From: Clostridium sp. CAG:354_28_25
GTDB taxonomy: Bacteria > Bacillota > Clostridia > TANB77 > CAG-508
Direction of reading: 5' to 3'
NCBI GenBank assembly: GCA_001915925.1
Contig: MNRL01000009.1
Location: 8,319-72,318 of the forward strand
Length of the DNA stretch: 64,000 nucleotides
Both the position numbers and the translations under genes were made by a program. Positions 48,454 to 57,471 of this stretch are shown piece after piece; the stretch's first letter is position 1; every line of letters starts with the position of its first letter. A model generated the notes under the pieces. That model saw nothing but the letters and a program-made list of their open reading frames with translations. It did no database searches and was not told the DNA's origin.

Positions 48454-50166
48454 CTATTTTTTATTCTCATTTTCAATTATCTCTAAATTTGCTTGTCTTT
48501 TTATTTTGCTTGTTGTTGTTTTTAATAATGGTTCTTCTGAAATTAATATTCCTCTTATCGCTTTGTATTTTGGCATGATTTGGTTTACTTCTTTAACTTT
48601 TTCTGCTAGAACTTTATAAATTTCATCATCTGTTGTAACTTTGTATGCCTCTTGCATAATTTCTCTATCAAATATTATTTTTACATTTATTTTTATATCA
48701 TCTTTATCATCTGATTGTTGTTTACCAAAAATAAATGATTCTTTAACACCTTCTATTTTATTTACTAGTGCTTCCATTTCTTCTGGGAATATATTTTTAC
48801 CATTTTTTAATACGATAACACTCTTCTTTCTTCCACAAATAAATATATATCCATCTTCATCTATTTTTGCTAAATCTCCTGTACGGAACCATCCATCTTC
48901 TAAAACTTCTTTTGTTGCTTCTTCATCATTATAATATCCAAGCATTACATTTGGTCCTTTAACAACAAGTTCTCCCATTCCTTCTTCATTTGCATCTTCT
49001 ATTTTAGCTTGTATATGTGGAAGTGGTTTTCCTATTGATCCAACTCTAAAGTTTTCGTTTGTTTCTACACCTATAACTGGAGAAGTTTCTGTTAAACCAT
49101 ATCCTTGGCATAAGTTAACTCCCCATGCTCTAAAATCTTCTTCTACTTCTTTTTCTAATGCTGCAGCTCCACTAACAAATAATTTAATTTGTCCTCCAAA
49201 TACATTATGAATGTCCTTAAATATCTCTTTCTTTTCTGCCATTGTTTTATCTTTGTTTGCTTCCATAAGCTTTCTAACTGCTTCTAGTTTGCCTTCTTTT
49301 TCTAAGTTTTTAATTATAGTTTTATGCATACTTTCATATATAGCTGGTACAAAAGAAGCAAATGTAATTTGGTATTCGTTTAGATTTTCTACTATATGTC
49401 TAATTCCTTCGCAGAATGATCTTTGTGCACCAATATATAGTGAATATAACATACCTACAGTACATTCAAAAACGTGATGTAATGGTAAGAATGATAATAT
49501 TCTATCGCTTGAATCTATATCTAATACAGAAGCAAAATCCATTACGTTTGATACCATATTTTTGTGAGAAAGTGCTACTACTTTTGATTTTGATGTTGTT
49601 CCTGAAGTAAATAACATTATACTCATTTCTTCTGGATTTATTTTTGCATCTATAAAGCTTCTGTGTCCAGCTTCTACAAATTCTTTTCCTTTTTCTATTA
49701 ATTCTTTTTGTGAATATATTCCTTCCTTATGTATATCTGAATCCATAGAAATTAAGTGTTTTAACTTATTTTTTTCACTATATTTAATTTTTTCTACTAT
49801 CTCTTCATATTTTTTAGAATAGAATATTGCTTCAACTTCTGATCTTTCTACTAATTCTTCCAATTCGTTTGCTGGTAATGATTTATCTAATGGAACAACT
49901 GTACCTGTACCACATACTACAGATAAATATGCAAGTTCCCATTCATATCTATTTTCACCTATAACAGCGATTCTTTTATCCTTTAATCCTAAGTTAATTA
50001 ATGCTGTTCCTAGGTAATCTATCATATCTCTAATTTCATTATGTGTATATACTTGATATTTTCCTTCTTCAAGTTTTATTTTATATCCTGGTCTATCTCC
50101 ATAAAGTTCTCTTGTTTTATTTAATATATCTTTTAAATCGCTTACAACTAACGTGTTTTTACTCAT
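48454..50166 (-). CDS. AMP-dependent synthetase/ligase (long-chain acyl-CoA synthetase-like)
   Basis: MLFTSGTTSKSKVV, QGYGLTETS, RTGDLAKIDEDGY, LKNGKNI. Start set at MSKNTLVV. Confidence 0.88.
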   Translation of the reverse strand: MSKNTLVVSDLKDILNKTRELYGDRPGYKIKLEEGKYQVYTHNEIRDMIDYLGTALINLGLKDKRIAVIGENRYEWELAYLSVVCGTGTVVPLDKSLPANELEELVERSEVEAIFYSKKYEEIVEKIKYSEKNKLKHLISMDSDIHKEGIYSQKELIEKGKEFVEAGHRSFIDAKINPEEMSIMLFTSGTTSKSKVVALSHKNMVSNVMDFASVLDIDSSDRILSFLPLHHVFECTVGMLYSLYIGAQRSFCEGIRHIVENLNEYQITFASFVPAIYESMHKTIIKNLEKEGKLEAVRKLMEANKDKTMAEKKEIFKDIHNVFGGQIKLFVSGAAALEKEVEEDFRAWGVNLCQGYGLTETSPVIGVETNENFRVGSIGKPLPHIQAKIEDANEEGMGELVVKGPNVMLGYYNDEEATKEVLEDGWFRTGDLAKIDEDGYIFICGRKKSVIVLKNGKNIFPEEMEALVNKIEGVKESFIFGKQQSDDKDDIKINVKIIFDREIMQEAYKVTTDDEIYKVLAEKVKEVNQIMPKYKAIRGILISEEPLLKTTTSKIKRQANLEIIENENKK

Positions 50167-50339
50167 TTTATCTTTCTCCTTCACTACTTTTTTTCTATTT
50201 TATTGCCTTTATTAGAATAATATAAATAAAAAAAATCGTCAATTATTTTCCAAGTTTTTGTACCGTGAGTACAAAAACTTATAAATAGCTTTTTATCTTA
50301 TAATAATAACAAAAAGACTCTGCATACAGAGCCTTTATT

Positions 50340-50603
50340 TTAATTAATATCTATCCTTTTAATATAATTCATTCCGTCTTGATCTTTTTCTACCTTTAAA
50401 ACAAAGTTGAATTTGTTTACTTCTGTTGCTAGATAAAAGTCTCGTTCTGGAAAAATGTCTTGTAAGTTTTTATCAAAAAATCTTTTTCCTGCTATAATTT
50501 TTAATTCTTCTATTTCATTATCTAAATTTGAATTTTCGCCTTCTAATAAACTCTTTATATATTCTGCGCATAAAGTATCTTCTTTAGCCTCTGATTTTCC
50601 CAT
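50340..50603 (-). pseudogene. 3' gene fragment, possibly the C-terminal part of a ComB / 2-phosphosulfolactate-phosphatase-like protein
   Basis: GKSEAKEDTLCAEYIKSLLEG resembles the ED-x-LCA segment of that family (recalled, weak). There is no N-terminal domain, and it overlaps the upstream fragment out of frame. Confidence 0.35.
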
Positions 50604-50854
50604 TCGCCTATCGATATTTCAGTTATTCTTTCATCATAAATTGGTTTTGCTTCAGGGAATATTACATTTAATGTTTGCTTAGTTCTTTTTAAAGGTGAGC
50701 AATATATTACATCAAAATTATTATTTAAACTTTTTCCTAGTTCTTTGGCGGCTTCAATACCTTTTTCAGTCAAATTACAGTCTGCCCTTCCAGCCCAAAT
50801 ACCATCTCTATTATATTCTGATTCAGCATGTCTAATAAATACTATTTTTGTCAC
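50555..50854 (-). pseudogene. 5' fragment of a histidine phosphatase gene (paralog of 52318-52821)
   Basis: FIRHAESEYN...CSPLKRTKQT...IGEWEN is collinear with the paralog up to LGDWEN, then similarity is lost. The second catalytic His region is absent. Confidence 0.7.
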
Positions 50855-50875
50855 AATAATACTCCCTTCGAAATA

Positions 50876-51181
50876 CTATTCAATTAAATCTGTATAATAT
50901 AAGATTTCTTTATTTAATGACTTAGCATATTCAATTTCACTTTTTGTACTGTTTCCAATATATCCGTCTACATTAACAACTAATATAGCATCAGAAAGTT
51001 TTATTTTTTCTTTATGCATTTTATCAATCATAGACGCTTCTTCTTTTGTATATGCTTCTTTATTAGGCTTTGTAAGTTCAATTGGAGTTAGCATACAATT
51101 CCCTTTTAGTGCCATTTTCTCCGTTATTTCTTTCATTTCATTTTTGTATTTATAACTACCACATACAGTTATTACTTTCAT
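50876..51181 (-). CDS. nucleoside 2-deoxyribosyltransferase-like small Rossmann protein
   Basis: KVITVCGS...LSDAILVVNVDGYIGNSTKSEIEYA...KEILY pattern. Start set at MKVITV after AGGAGGA. Confidence 0.4.
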   Translation of the reverse strand: MKVITVCGSYKYKNEMKEITEKMALKGNCMLTPIELTKPNKEAYTKEEASMIDKMHKEKIKLSDAILVVNVDGYIGNSTKSEIEYAKSLNKEILYYTDLIE

Positions 51182-51201
51182 TTTGGTTCCTCCTTGCATT
51201 A

Positions 51202-51555
51202 TTATTCATCATATAATTTGCATTGTTCTTTGCTCCAAGCAGGTGTACATACAATTGCTACCTTAAAATTACCTTCCCAATAATAAATATCTTTTTTATT
51301 TAAAAAGATAATGTCTCCTGCTTTAAATTCTATTGTTTCTTCTCCTTTTTTGTATATATGACCTGTTCCATCCAATACATAGCATAATTCTTCACATGCT
51401 AAATTAGAACAATATCCCTTTTCTGGATATCTACCTGTAATTGTATTTATACAGAAATCCAAATTTCTCTCATTTAAATCAATTGAATATTCTAATACTG
51501 AACTAGTATCAGCATATTTAAAGTGTTTTGCATTTTCTTTTTTTACTATTTTCAT
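51202..51555 (-). CDS. cupin domain protein
   Basis: EELCYVLDGTGHIY...FKAGDIIFLNKKDIYYWEG beta-barrel motifs. Confidence 0.8.
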   Translation of the reverse strand: MKIVKKENAKHFKYADTSSVLEYSIDLNERNLDFCINTITGRYPEKGYCSNLACEELCYVLDGTGHIYKKGEETIEFKAGDIIFLNKKDIYYWEGNFKVAIVCTPAWSKEQCKLYDE

Positions 51556-51576
51556 TTTTTCCTCCTACAGTGAAAT

Positions 51577-51642
51577 GGGGACGTTCCTTTTTTCCCTTTT
51601 TATTTTTTCATTTATAGAGATTTTAGGAGCACCGCCTAAATC
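51577..51642 (+). repeat. GC-rich intergenic repeat family, copy R6 (composite form, right arm degenerate)
   Basis: ggggacgttccttttttccct - ttttattttttcatttatagag - attttaggagcaccgcctaaatc. The first 21 nt are identical to the reverse complement of R4. The right arm contains the TAG stop of the methyltransferase gene. Confidence 0.8.
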
Positions 51643-52298
51643 ACCTTTTTTAATACATATACTAGCCATTTATTATTATTTGAGCCACCTTCTTTGTGAA
51701 AGTCATAAACTTTGAAGCCTGTTTTGGTAATGATTTCATTCATATCTTCTTCCGAGAAATATTTATAATAACGCTCTGCTCCCATATGATATTCATTAGA
51801 AAAATCAACCCATTCTTCGTCAACATTTTTCCCTTCACGGTTCATTACATTAAAAACAAATAATCCATTATCTTCTAAGGCTTCATATGTTTTTTCTAAT
51901 ACTTTTAATGCATCTTCTTTAGTAAAATGAACAAATACTCTCCATGCAAATATGCCAGAATATTTTTCATCAAAATTATCTTCTAATACATTAAATTTTA
52001 TAGTATTTACACCTTTAGATTTAATTGCATTAATAAAATCTTCTGCCACATCACTTGCAGTTACATTATATCCTAAATCTACTATGTATTTTGCATTTAC
52101 TCCATCACCTGAGCCAAACTCAAACACCTTCGAACCTTTAGGTAATGTTCCAATATTAGTTGTAATAAATTTATGTAATTTATCACTTTTACGTTTTGCC
52201 TTCTCTGGATCAAGATTATCATGTGCAATACTTGTCTTTAAATATGTACCTGCCTTTCTATCATATATTTTTAATGTTTCTTCATTTTCTTTACTCAT
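51636..52298 (-). CDS. class I SAM-dependent methyltransferase
   Basis: VFEFGSGDGVNA motif I and DVAEDF motif II. Confidence 0.88.
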   Translation of the reverse strand: MSKENEETLKIYDRKAGTYLKTSIAHDNLDPEKAKRKSDKLHKFITTNIGTLPKGSKVFEFGSGDGVNAKYIVDLGYNVTASDVAEDFINAIKSKGVNTIKFNVLEDNFDEKYSGIFAWRVFVHFTKEDALKVLEKTYEALEDNGLFVFNVMNREGKNVDEEWVDFSNEYHMGAERYYKYFSEEDMNEIITKTGFKVYDFHKEGGSNNNKWLVYVLKKVI

Positions 52299-52317
52299 AA
52301 TTTTTATCTCCTTATAT

Positions 52318-52821
52318 TTAAATTTTTATTTTTACTATATCTAAATTATTTACACCTTCTACTTTTAAATTTAAAACTCTTTGAAAAGCATAAATTACTC
52401 CCGCATGTGTAACAACAAGAATCTTTTTACCTTCATAATTTTCTTTTAGAAAATCAATAAAGTCCTCTACTCTTTTTGCAACATCAGTTATTAACTCTCC
52501 ATTTGGTGGTCTTTTTTCTATATTTTTAAGTAAAAAACTTTTTTCATCTGAAATAGGTGTATTTTCCCAGTCTCCTAAACTTCTTTCAATTATTCTTTCA
52601 TCACAAATTATTTTTAAATTTGGAACTAGAATTTTTGCAGTTTGAAGAGTTCTTTTTAGTGGTGAAGAAAAACATATATCATAATAATTGCTATCAAAGT
52701 TCTTTGCTCTTTCTTTTGTTTTTCTTATTCCTTCTTCACTTAAATTACAATCAATTCTTCCTTGTAATAATCCTATCTTATTGAATTCGCTTTCTGCATG
52801 CCTTAATAAATTCAACTCCAT
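52318..52821 (-). CDS. histidine phosphatase family protein
   Basis: LLRHAESEFN, SSPLKRTLQT, VVTHAGVI. Confidence 0.88.
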   Translation of the reverse strand: MELNLLRHAESEFNKIGLLQGRIDCNLSEEGIRKTKERAKNFDSNYYDICFSSPLKRTLQTAKILVPNLKIICDERIIERSLGDWENTPISDEKSFLLKNIEKRPPNGELITDVAKRVEDFIDFLKENYEGKKILVVTHAGVIYAFQRVLNLKVEGVNNLDIVKIKI

Positions 52822-52882
52822 ATTTATTTCTCCTTAGATTTCTCGCATTATAATATAAATAAAATTATCTTATAATTATTTA

Positions 52883-53509
52883 CTACTTTTCTCTCCAAAA
52901 ATCATAAATCATATTAGATAAATCTTTTGGATTGTCTACATTCACTACATGTGATGCGTTGCTAACTGTCTTAAAAGAACTGTTTTTTATAGTCTTATTT
53001 AATAATTTTGCATTTTCCATATTATGCTTATCTTTTATTCCGCATAAAATTAATGTTTTGCAATCTATTTTATCTAAATTAGTCTCTATATCTAAATCGC
53101 CCATTGAAGCAACTAGTGAAATAAAATCTCCTTTTGTGCATCCGATTTTCTCGAATGTAGATTTTGGAGTAATATGAAATATTATACCTTGAAGTTTAAA
53201 AAGAAATTTTGGTATTTTGTAAGGTGTTCCTATTAAAATGAGCGAATTCACTTTCTCAGGAAATTCCTTTGAATAGTCTAATGCTAATATTCCCCCAAGA
53301 GATAAGCCACATAAGTTTAATTTCTCGCTAAAACTGTTACAGTAATCCGCAAATTTTTTATATAAAATAGAATAATTAATTCTTGTATCTTTTAACATTG
53401 AATATAAATTTGGCTTTTCTATCTTAATATTATGAAGATTTAATTCTTTTTCTACTATATTCCAACTATTCTCGTTTTGCCCTAACCCATGTATTAAAAT
53501 ATTTTTCAT
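52883..53509 (-). CDS. alpha/beta hydrolase
   Basis: ILIHGLGQN and the GLSLGG nucleophile elbow. Start set at MKNILI. Confidence 0.8.
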   Translation of the reverse strand: MKNILIHGLGQNENSWNIVEKELNLHNIKIEKPNLYSMLKDTRINYSILYKKFADYCNSFSEKLNLCGLSLGGILALDYSKEFPEKVNSLILIGTPYKIPKFLFKLQGIIFHITPKSTFEKIGCTKGDFISLVASMGDLDIETNLDKIDCKTLILCGIKDKHNMENAKLLNKTIKNSSFKTVSNASHVVNVDNPKDLSNMIYDFWREK

Positions 53510-53530
53510 ATTTAAGGCTCCTTCCATATT

Positions 53531-54142
53531 TTAATCGAATTGTACTTTCCAATCTTTATCTTGATTAGCTTTAAAACACATCTCTATCTGTTCTTTGTTG
53601 TTTTTTGCCTCTGATAATTCTGGTAATTCGTCTAATGAAAAATATGCTATCTCTGTTGTTTCTATATTTTTTTCGAATTGTCCGCCTACCACATCACATA
53701 GAACAAAAACCTTACATACGCCATAAGCATATACAGGTTTATTATGCTGATTTCTATCCTGAACTGCAATTAGTTTTTTTGCCAAAACATCTAAACCAGT
53801 CTCCTCTTTTACTTCCTTAACTGTATTTGATTTAATTGACTCTAGCACATCAACCCATCCTCCTGGCAAAGACCATGTTCCATCATTTTCGTGAGTTAAT
53901 AATATTTTATTATCTTTAAATATTGCAGCTCTTGTATCTAATTTAGGTGTTTGATAACCTGTTTCATTACAAAATAAATCTTTTACTTTCTCTAATGAAA
54001 TTTCGGTTTTCATACTTAACATTTCTGCAGATATATCTCGTAATCTTTTATATCTTTCTATGTCGTATGCATTGTTTGTATAAGCCAAACCATTTTGTGC
54101 TAAACTTTGTATTTCTATTATTAGTTCTAACCATTTATCCAT
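53531..54142 (-). CDS. NUDIX hydrolase with an N-terminal Nudix_N domain (ADP-ribose pyrophosphatase-like)
   Basis: WLELIIEIQSLAQNGLAYTNNAYDIERY N-terminal domain. Nudix box GGWVDVLESIKSNTVKEVKEETG. Confidence 0.88.
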   Translation of the reverse strand: MDKWLELIIEIQSLAQNGLAYTNNAYDIERYKRLRDISAEMLSMKTEISLEKVKDLFCNETGYQTPKLDTRAAIFKDNKILLTHENDGTWSLPGGWVDVLESIKSNTVKEVKEETGLDVLAKKLIAVQDRNQHNKPVYAYGVCKVFVLCDVVGGQFEKNIETTEIAYFSLDELPELSEAKNNKEQIEMCFKANQDKDWKVQFD

Positions 54143-54146
54143 TATT

Positions 54147-54644
54147 TCACCTACTATTTAAATTGTTAACTATTATGTTTATGATTTCATCAATTTTTAG
54201 CTCTTTACCTAATAATGTTTCCGGAATACAGTCTAGTAAATCATTTTCGTTCCACCATTTTCGTAATTCTGTTTCTCCAAATTCATTTGCATTAGGTTTA
54301 GTTTTATGCCTTCTTAAAGTTTCCTCAAATGGAATATCAAAGTAAAATGCATAAATATCCTTATCAAATTCTTTAATCAGCTTTTTAAATAAGGGCTCAT
54401 ACCATTTTGAGTTTAATATTCCCTCTAAAATTACTACTTCACAGTGCTCTTTACCATAAACTGCAAGTTGAAAAAGTAATTCACTTACTTTAGGCTTTTC
54501 GCCATCTTTTACATATAGCATTTCTCTTCTAACAACATCTTGTGAAATAAGCATCGTTCCATGTCCTAATTTCTGTTGCAAGCCTTTTGCAACAGTTGTT
54601 TTGCCGCTTCCAGAGTTTCCTCTTAATATAACTAATTTAGACAT
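54147..54644 (-). CDS. P-loop kinase-like ATPase (AAA_33-type)
   Basis: Walker A GNSGSGKTT. 165 aa. Confidence 0.7.
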   Translation of the reverse strand: MSKLVILRGNSGSGKTTVAKGLQQKLGHGTMLISQDVVRREMLYVKDGEKPKVSELLFQLAVYGKEHCEVVILEGILNSKWYEPLFKKLIKEFDKDIYAFYFDIPFEETLRRHKTKPNANEFGETELRKWWNENDLLDCIPETLLGKELKIDEIINIIVNNLNSR

Positions 54645-54745
54645 TTTTATTTCTCCTTAAATTATTTGCATAATAACACAAAAGTAGGTAACTTACAATA
54701 AATTACCTACTTTTTAATATACTTATTTTTAAATTTTTACAAAAT

Positions 54746-54775
54746 AGGGATTTTAGGACCGTCCCCCAAATCCCT
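54746..54775. repeat. GC-rich intergenic repeat family, copy R7 (complete 30-nt palindrome agggattttaggaccgtcccccaaatccct)
   Basis: Outer arms AGGGATTT / AAATCCCT and inner arms GGAC / GTCC. Lies between the nrdG stop and the kinase gene start. Confidence 0.85.
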
Positions 54776-54790
54776 GTCTGACTCAAAACC

Positions 54791-55279
54791 CTATTTTACT
54801 AAATTAATTCCGCCATTTTTTAAACTCTTTTGTACATCAATTACTCTTTGGTTAGAAGAACCTTTCCATTTTAATGTTGGATCATGTAATTCGTCTTCAT
54901 AATTTCCATCAACTAATACATCTATATATTTTAATGCATCTTGATCTTTTAATTGTTCATACTTATAGCCAGACCATGCCCATACATTTTTATCTGGATA
55001 TTTTTCTTTAAATGCTTTGGCAAGTTTTGCTGTTCCTTTTATATTAGTAGGAGCCATTGGCTCCCCACCTAATATAGATAACCCTTTTACTTCATTTTTA
55101 TTACTTAATTCTAGTACTTTATCAATTGTTTCTTGTGTAAATTCTTTTCCACCTTCGAAATCCCATGTTTCAGGATTAAAACAGTTCTTACAATGAAAAG
55201 GACAACCTTGCATAAATATAGATACTCTTACTCCTGGCCCGTTTGATATATCCATTTTTCTAATTAAATTGTATCTCAT
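54791..55279 (-). CDS. nrdG: anaerobic ribonucleoside-triphosphate reductase activating protein
   Basis: Radical-SAM cluster motif GCPFHCKNCFNP. Directly downstream of nrdD. Confidence 0.95.
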   Translation of the reverse strand: MRYNLIRKMDISNGPGVRVSIFMQGCPFHCKNCFNPETWDFEGGKEFTQETIDKVLELSNKNEVKGLSILGGEPMAPTNIKGTAKLAKAFKEKYPDKNVWAWSGYKYEQLKDQDALKYIDVLVDGNYEDELHDPTLKWKGSSNQRVIDVQKSLKNGGINLVK

Positions 55280-55281
55280 AA

Positions 55282-57471
55282 TTATGCCTCCTTGTTATCG
55301 ATATGTAAAACTCTTTCTTTTATTTCTTGTGTTCTTCCTTTATTCCAGAAGTTTGTTCCGATATATCCGCAAGTACGTCTTGCAACATTTAATGTATTGT
55401 GATCTCTATTACCACAATTTGGACAATACCATTCTAAATCATCATCTATTAAAATCTCTCCTGTATAACCACAGTTTTGACAATAATCAGATTTAGTATT
55501 AAGTTCTGCGTACATGATATTATCATAAATAAATTGTATAACTTCAATTACTGCATCAATATTTCCTTGTAAGTTTGGTGTTTCTACATAAGAAATAGCT
55601 CCACCAGGACTTAATACTTGAAATTCGCTTTCTAGTTTTAATTTAGAAAATGCGTCTATTTCTTCGAATACAGGAACATGATATGAATTAGTAATATAAT
55701 TTCTGTCTGTAATTCCTTTTACTGTTCCAAATCTTTCTTTTAAGCATTTAGCAAATTTATATGTCGTTGATTCTATTGGTGTACCATAAACAGAATAATC
55801 TAAATCTTCTTCTGCTTTCCATTTGCTTGTTGCATCATTTAAATGTTGCATTACTTTTAATCCAAATTCTTTTCCTGGTCCATTATCTGTATGACTGTGT
55901 CCTGTCATAACTTTAACACATTCATATAGACCTGCATATCCAAGTGAAATTGTAGAATATCCATGATGTAATAATTCATGTATTGATTCACCTTTTTCTA
56001 ATCTTGCTAATGCTCCATGTTGCCATAAAATAGGTGCTACATCACTTGTTACATTACTTAATCTCTTATGTCTTATTTGTAAAGCTCTGTGACATAACTC
56101 CAATCTTTCGTCAAATATCTTCCAGAATTCATCCATATCACCATCAGCAGAAAGTGCAACATCTGGTAAATTAATCGTTACAACACCTTGGTTGAATCTT
56201 CCATAATATTTACCTTTTCCTTCTACATAATTTTTAGCTTTTGCTATATTTCCTATATTTAACATTCTATCAGGTGTTAAGAATGATCTACATCCCATAC
56301 ATGGATAACAATCTCCATCTCCTAGGATATTTTTCTTATATTTTAGCATCATCTTTTCTGATATATAATCTGGAACCATTCTTTTAGCTGTACATTCTGC
56401 AGCAAGTTTTGTTAGATACCAGTATTTGCTGCCTTCATGAATATTATCTTCTTCAAGAACATATAAAAGTTTTGGGAACGCTGGTGTTATATATACACCT
56501 TTTTCGTTCTTAAAACCTAATATTCTTTGTTTTAAGAACTCTTCGATTATCATTGCAAGTTCGTCTTTATATTCTTCTGTTTCTCCTAAATACATACAAA
56601 CTGATAAGAATGGTGCTTGTCCATTTGTGTTTGTCATAGAGTTTACTTGATAGTTAAATGTTTGGACACCATCTTCAATTTCTTTTTTAGTATCTTGCAT
56701 AGCATATTTTTCACAATCTTTTTTGCTAAAGTTTCTTGCTTGATATTTCTTTAAATACTTTTCATAGCTTAATCTAACAAATGGTGCTAAATGTGTAAGT
56801 GATACCGTAGCTCCGCCATAGCTTGATGATGTTACTGCTAATATTATTTGTGTTGCTATTGTTGCAGCTGTTAAAAATCTATGTGGTTTTTCTATCATAA
56901 CTCCATTTATTACTGTTCCGTATTGTAACATATCATCTAAGTTAATTAATTCACAATTATGAAGAGCATTTTGCGCAAAATAATCAGCATCATGAAAATG
57001 TATAATACCTGCATCATGTGCCTCTACTATATCTTCAGGGAGTAAAAATCTTCTTGTTATATCTGTACTTGTTATTCCTGCTAAGTAGTCTCTTTGTGTT
57101 GTAACTACTTCTGCATTTTTATTAGAATTTTCACTATTCCAATATTCGTTTTCTCCTTCAATTAATTCTTTAATTGATTTGTCTGTTGTATTTGCTTTTC
57201 TTACTAATTCTCTAGTATATCTATATGTAATATATTTCTTTGCTAATTGATATTTGTCAAATTCCATTAGCTTTTGTTCTATTATATCTTGAATATCTTC
57301 AACTAAAATTCTTTTTTTATTTAAATCTTCGATGTATTTTATGATTTCTTTTATTTCTTCTTTAGTTGCTTTTTCTCTTCCTCTTACCTCCTCATTTGCT
57401 TTTCCAATTGCTACTCTAATTTTTTCTGGATCGTAGTCCACAATGTGTCCATCTCTTTTAACGATTTTCAT
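55282..57471 (-). CDS. nrdD: anaerobic ribonucleoside-triphosphate reductase
   Basis: ATP-cone N-terminus, C-terminal Zn site CQNCGY...CPNCG, and glycyl-radical motif RTCGYIG. Confidence 0.97.
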   Translation of the reverse strand: MKIVKRDGHIVDYDPEKIRVAIGKANEEVRGREKATKEEIKEIIKYIEDLNKKRILVEDIQDIIEQKLMEFDKYQLAKKYITYRYTRELVRKANTTDKSIKELIEGENEYWNSENSNKNAEVVTTQRDYLAGITSTDITRRFLLPEDIVEAHDAGIIHFHDADYFAQNALHNCELINLDDMLQYGTVINGVMIEKPHRFLTAATIATQIILAVTSSSYGGATVSLTHLAPFVRLSYEKYLKKYQARNFSKKDCEKYAMQDTKKEIEDGVQTFNYQVNSMTNTNGQAPFLSVCMYLGETEEYKDELAMIIEEFLKQRILGFKNEKGVYITPAFPKLLYVLEEDNIHEGSKYWYLTKLAAECTAKRMVPDYISEKMMLKYKKNILGDGDCYPCMGCRSFLTPDRMLNIGNIAKAKNYVEGKGKYYGRFNQGVVTINLPDVALSADGDMDEFWKIFDERLELCHRALQIRHKRLSNVTSDVAPILWQHGALARLEKGESIHELLHHGYSTISLGYAGLYECVKVMTGHSHTDNGPGKEFGLKVMQHLNDATSKWKAEEDLDYSVYGTPIESTTYKFAKCLKERFGTVKGITDRNYITNSYHVPVFEEIDAFSKLKLESEFQVLSPGGAISYVETPNLQGNIDAVIEVIQFIYDNIMYAELNTKSDYCQNCGYTGEILIDDDLEWYCPNCGNRDHNTLNVARRTCGYIGTNFWNKGRTQEIKERVLHIDNKEA

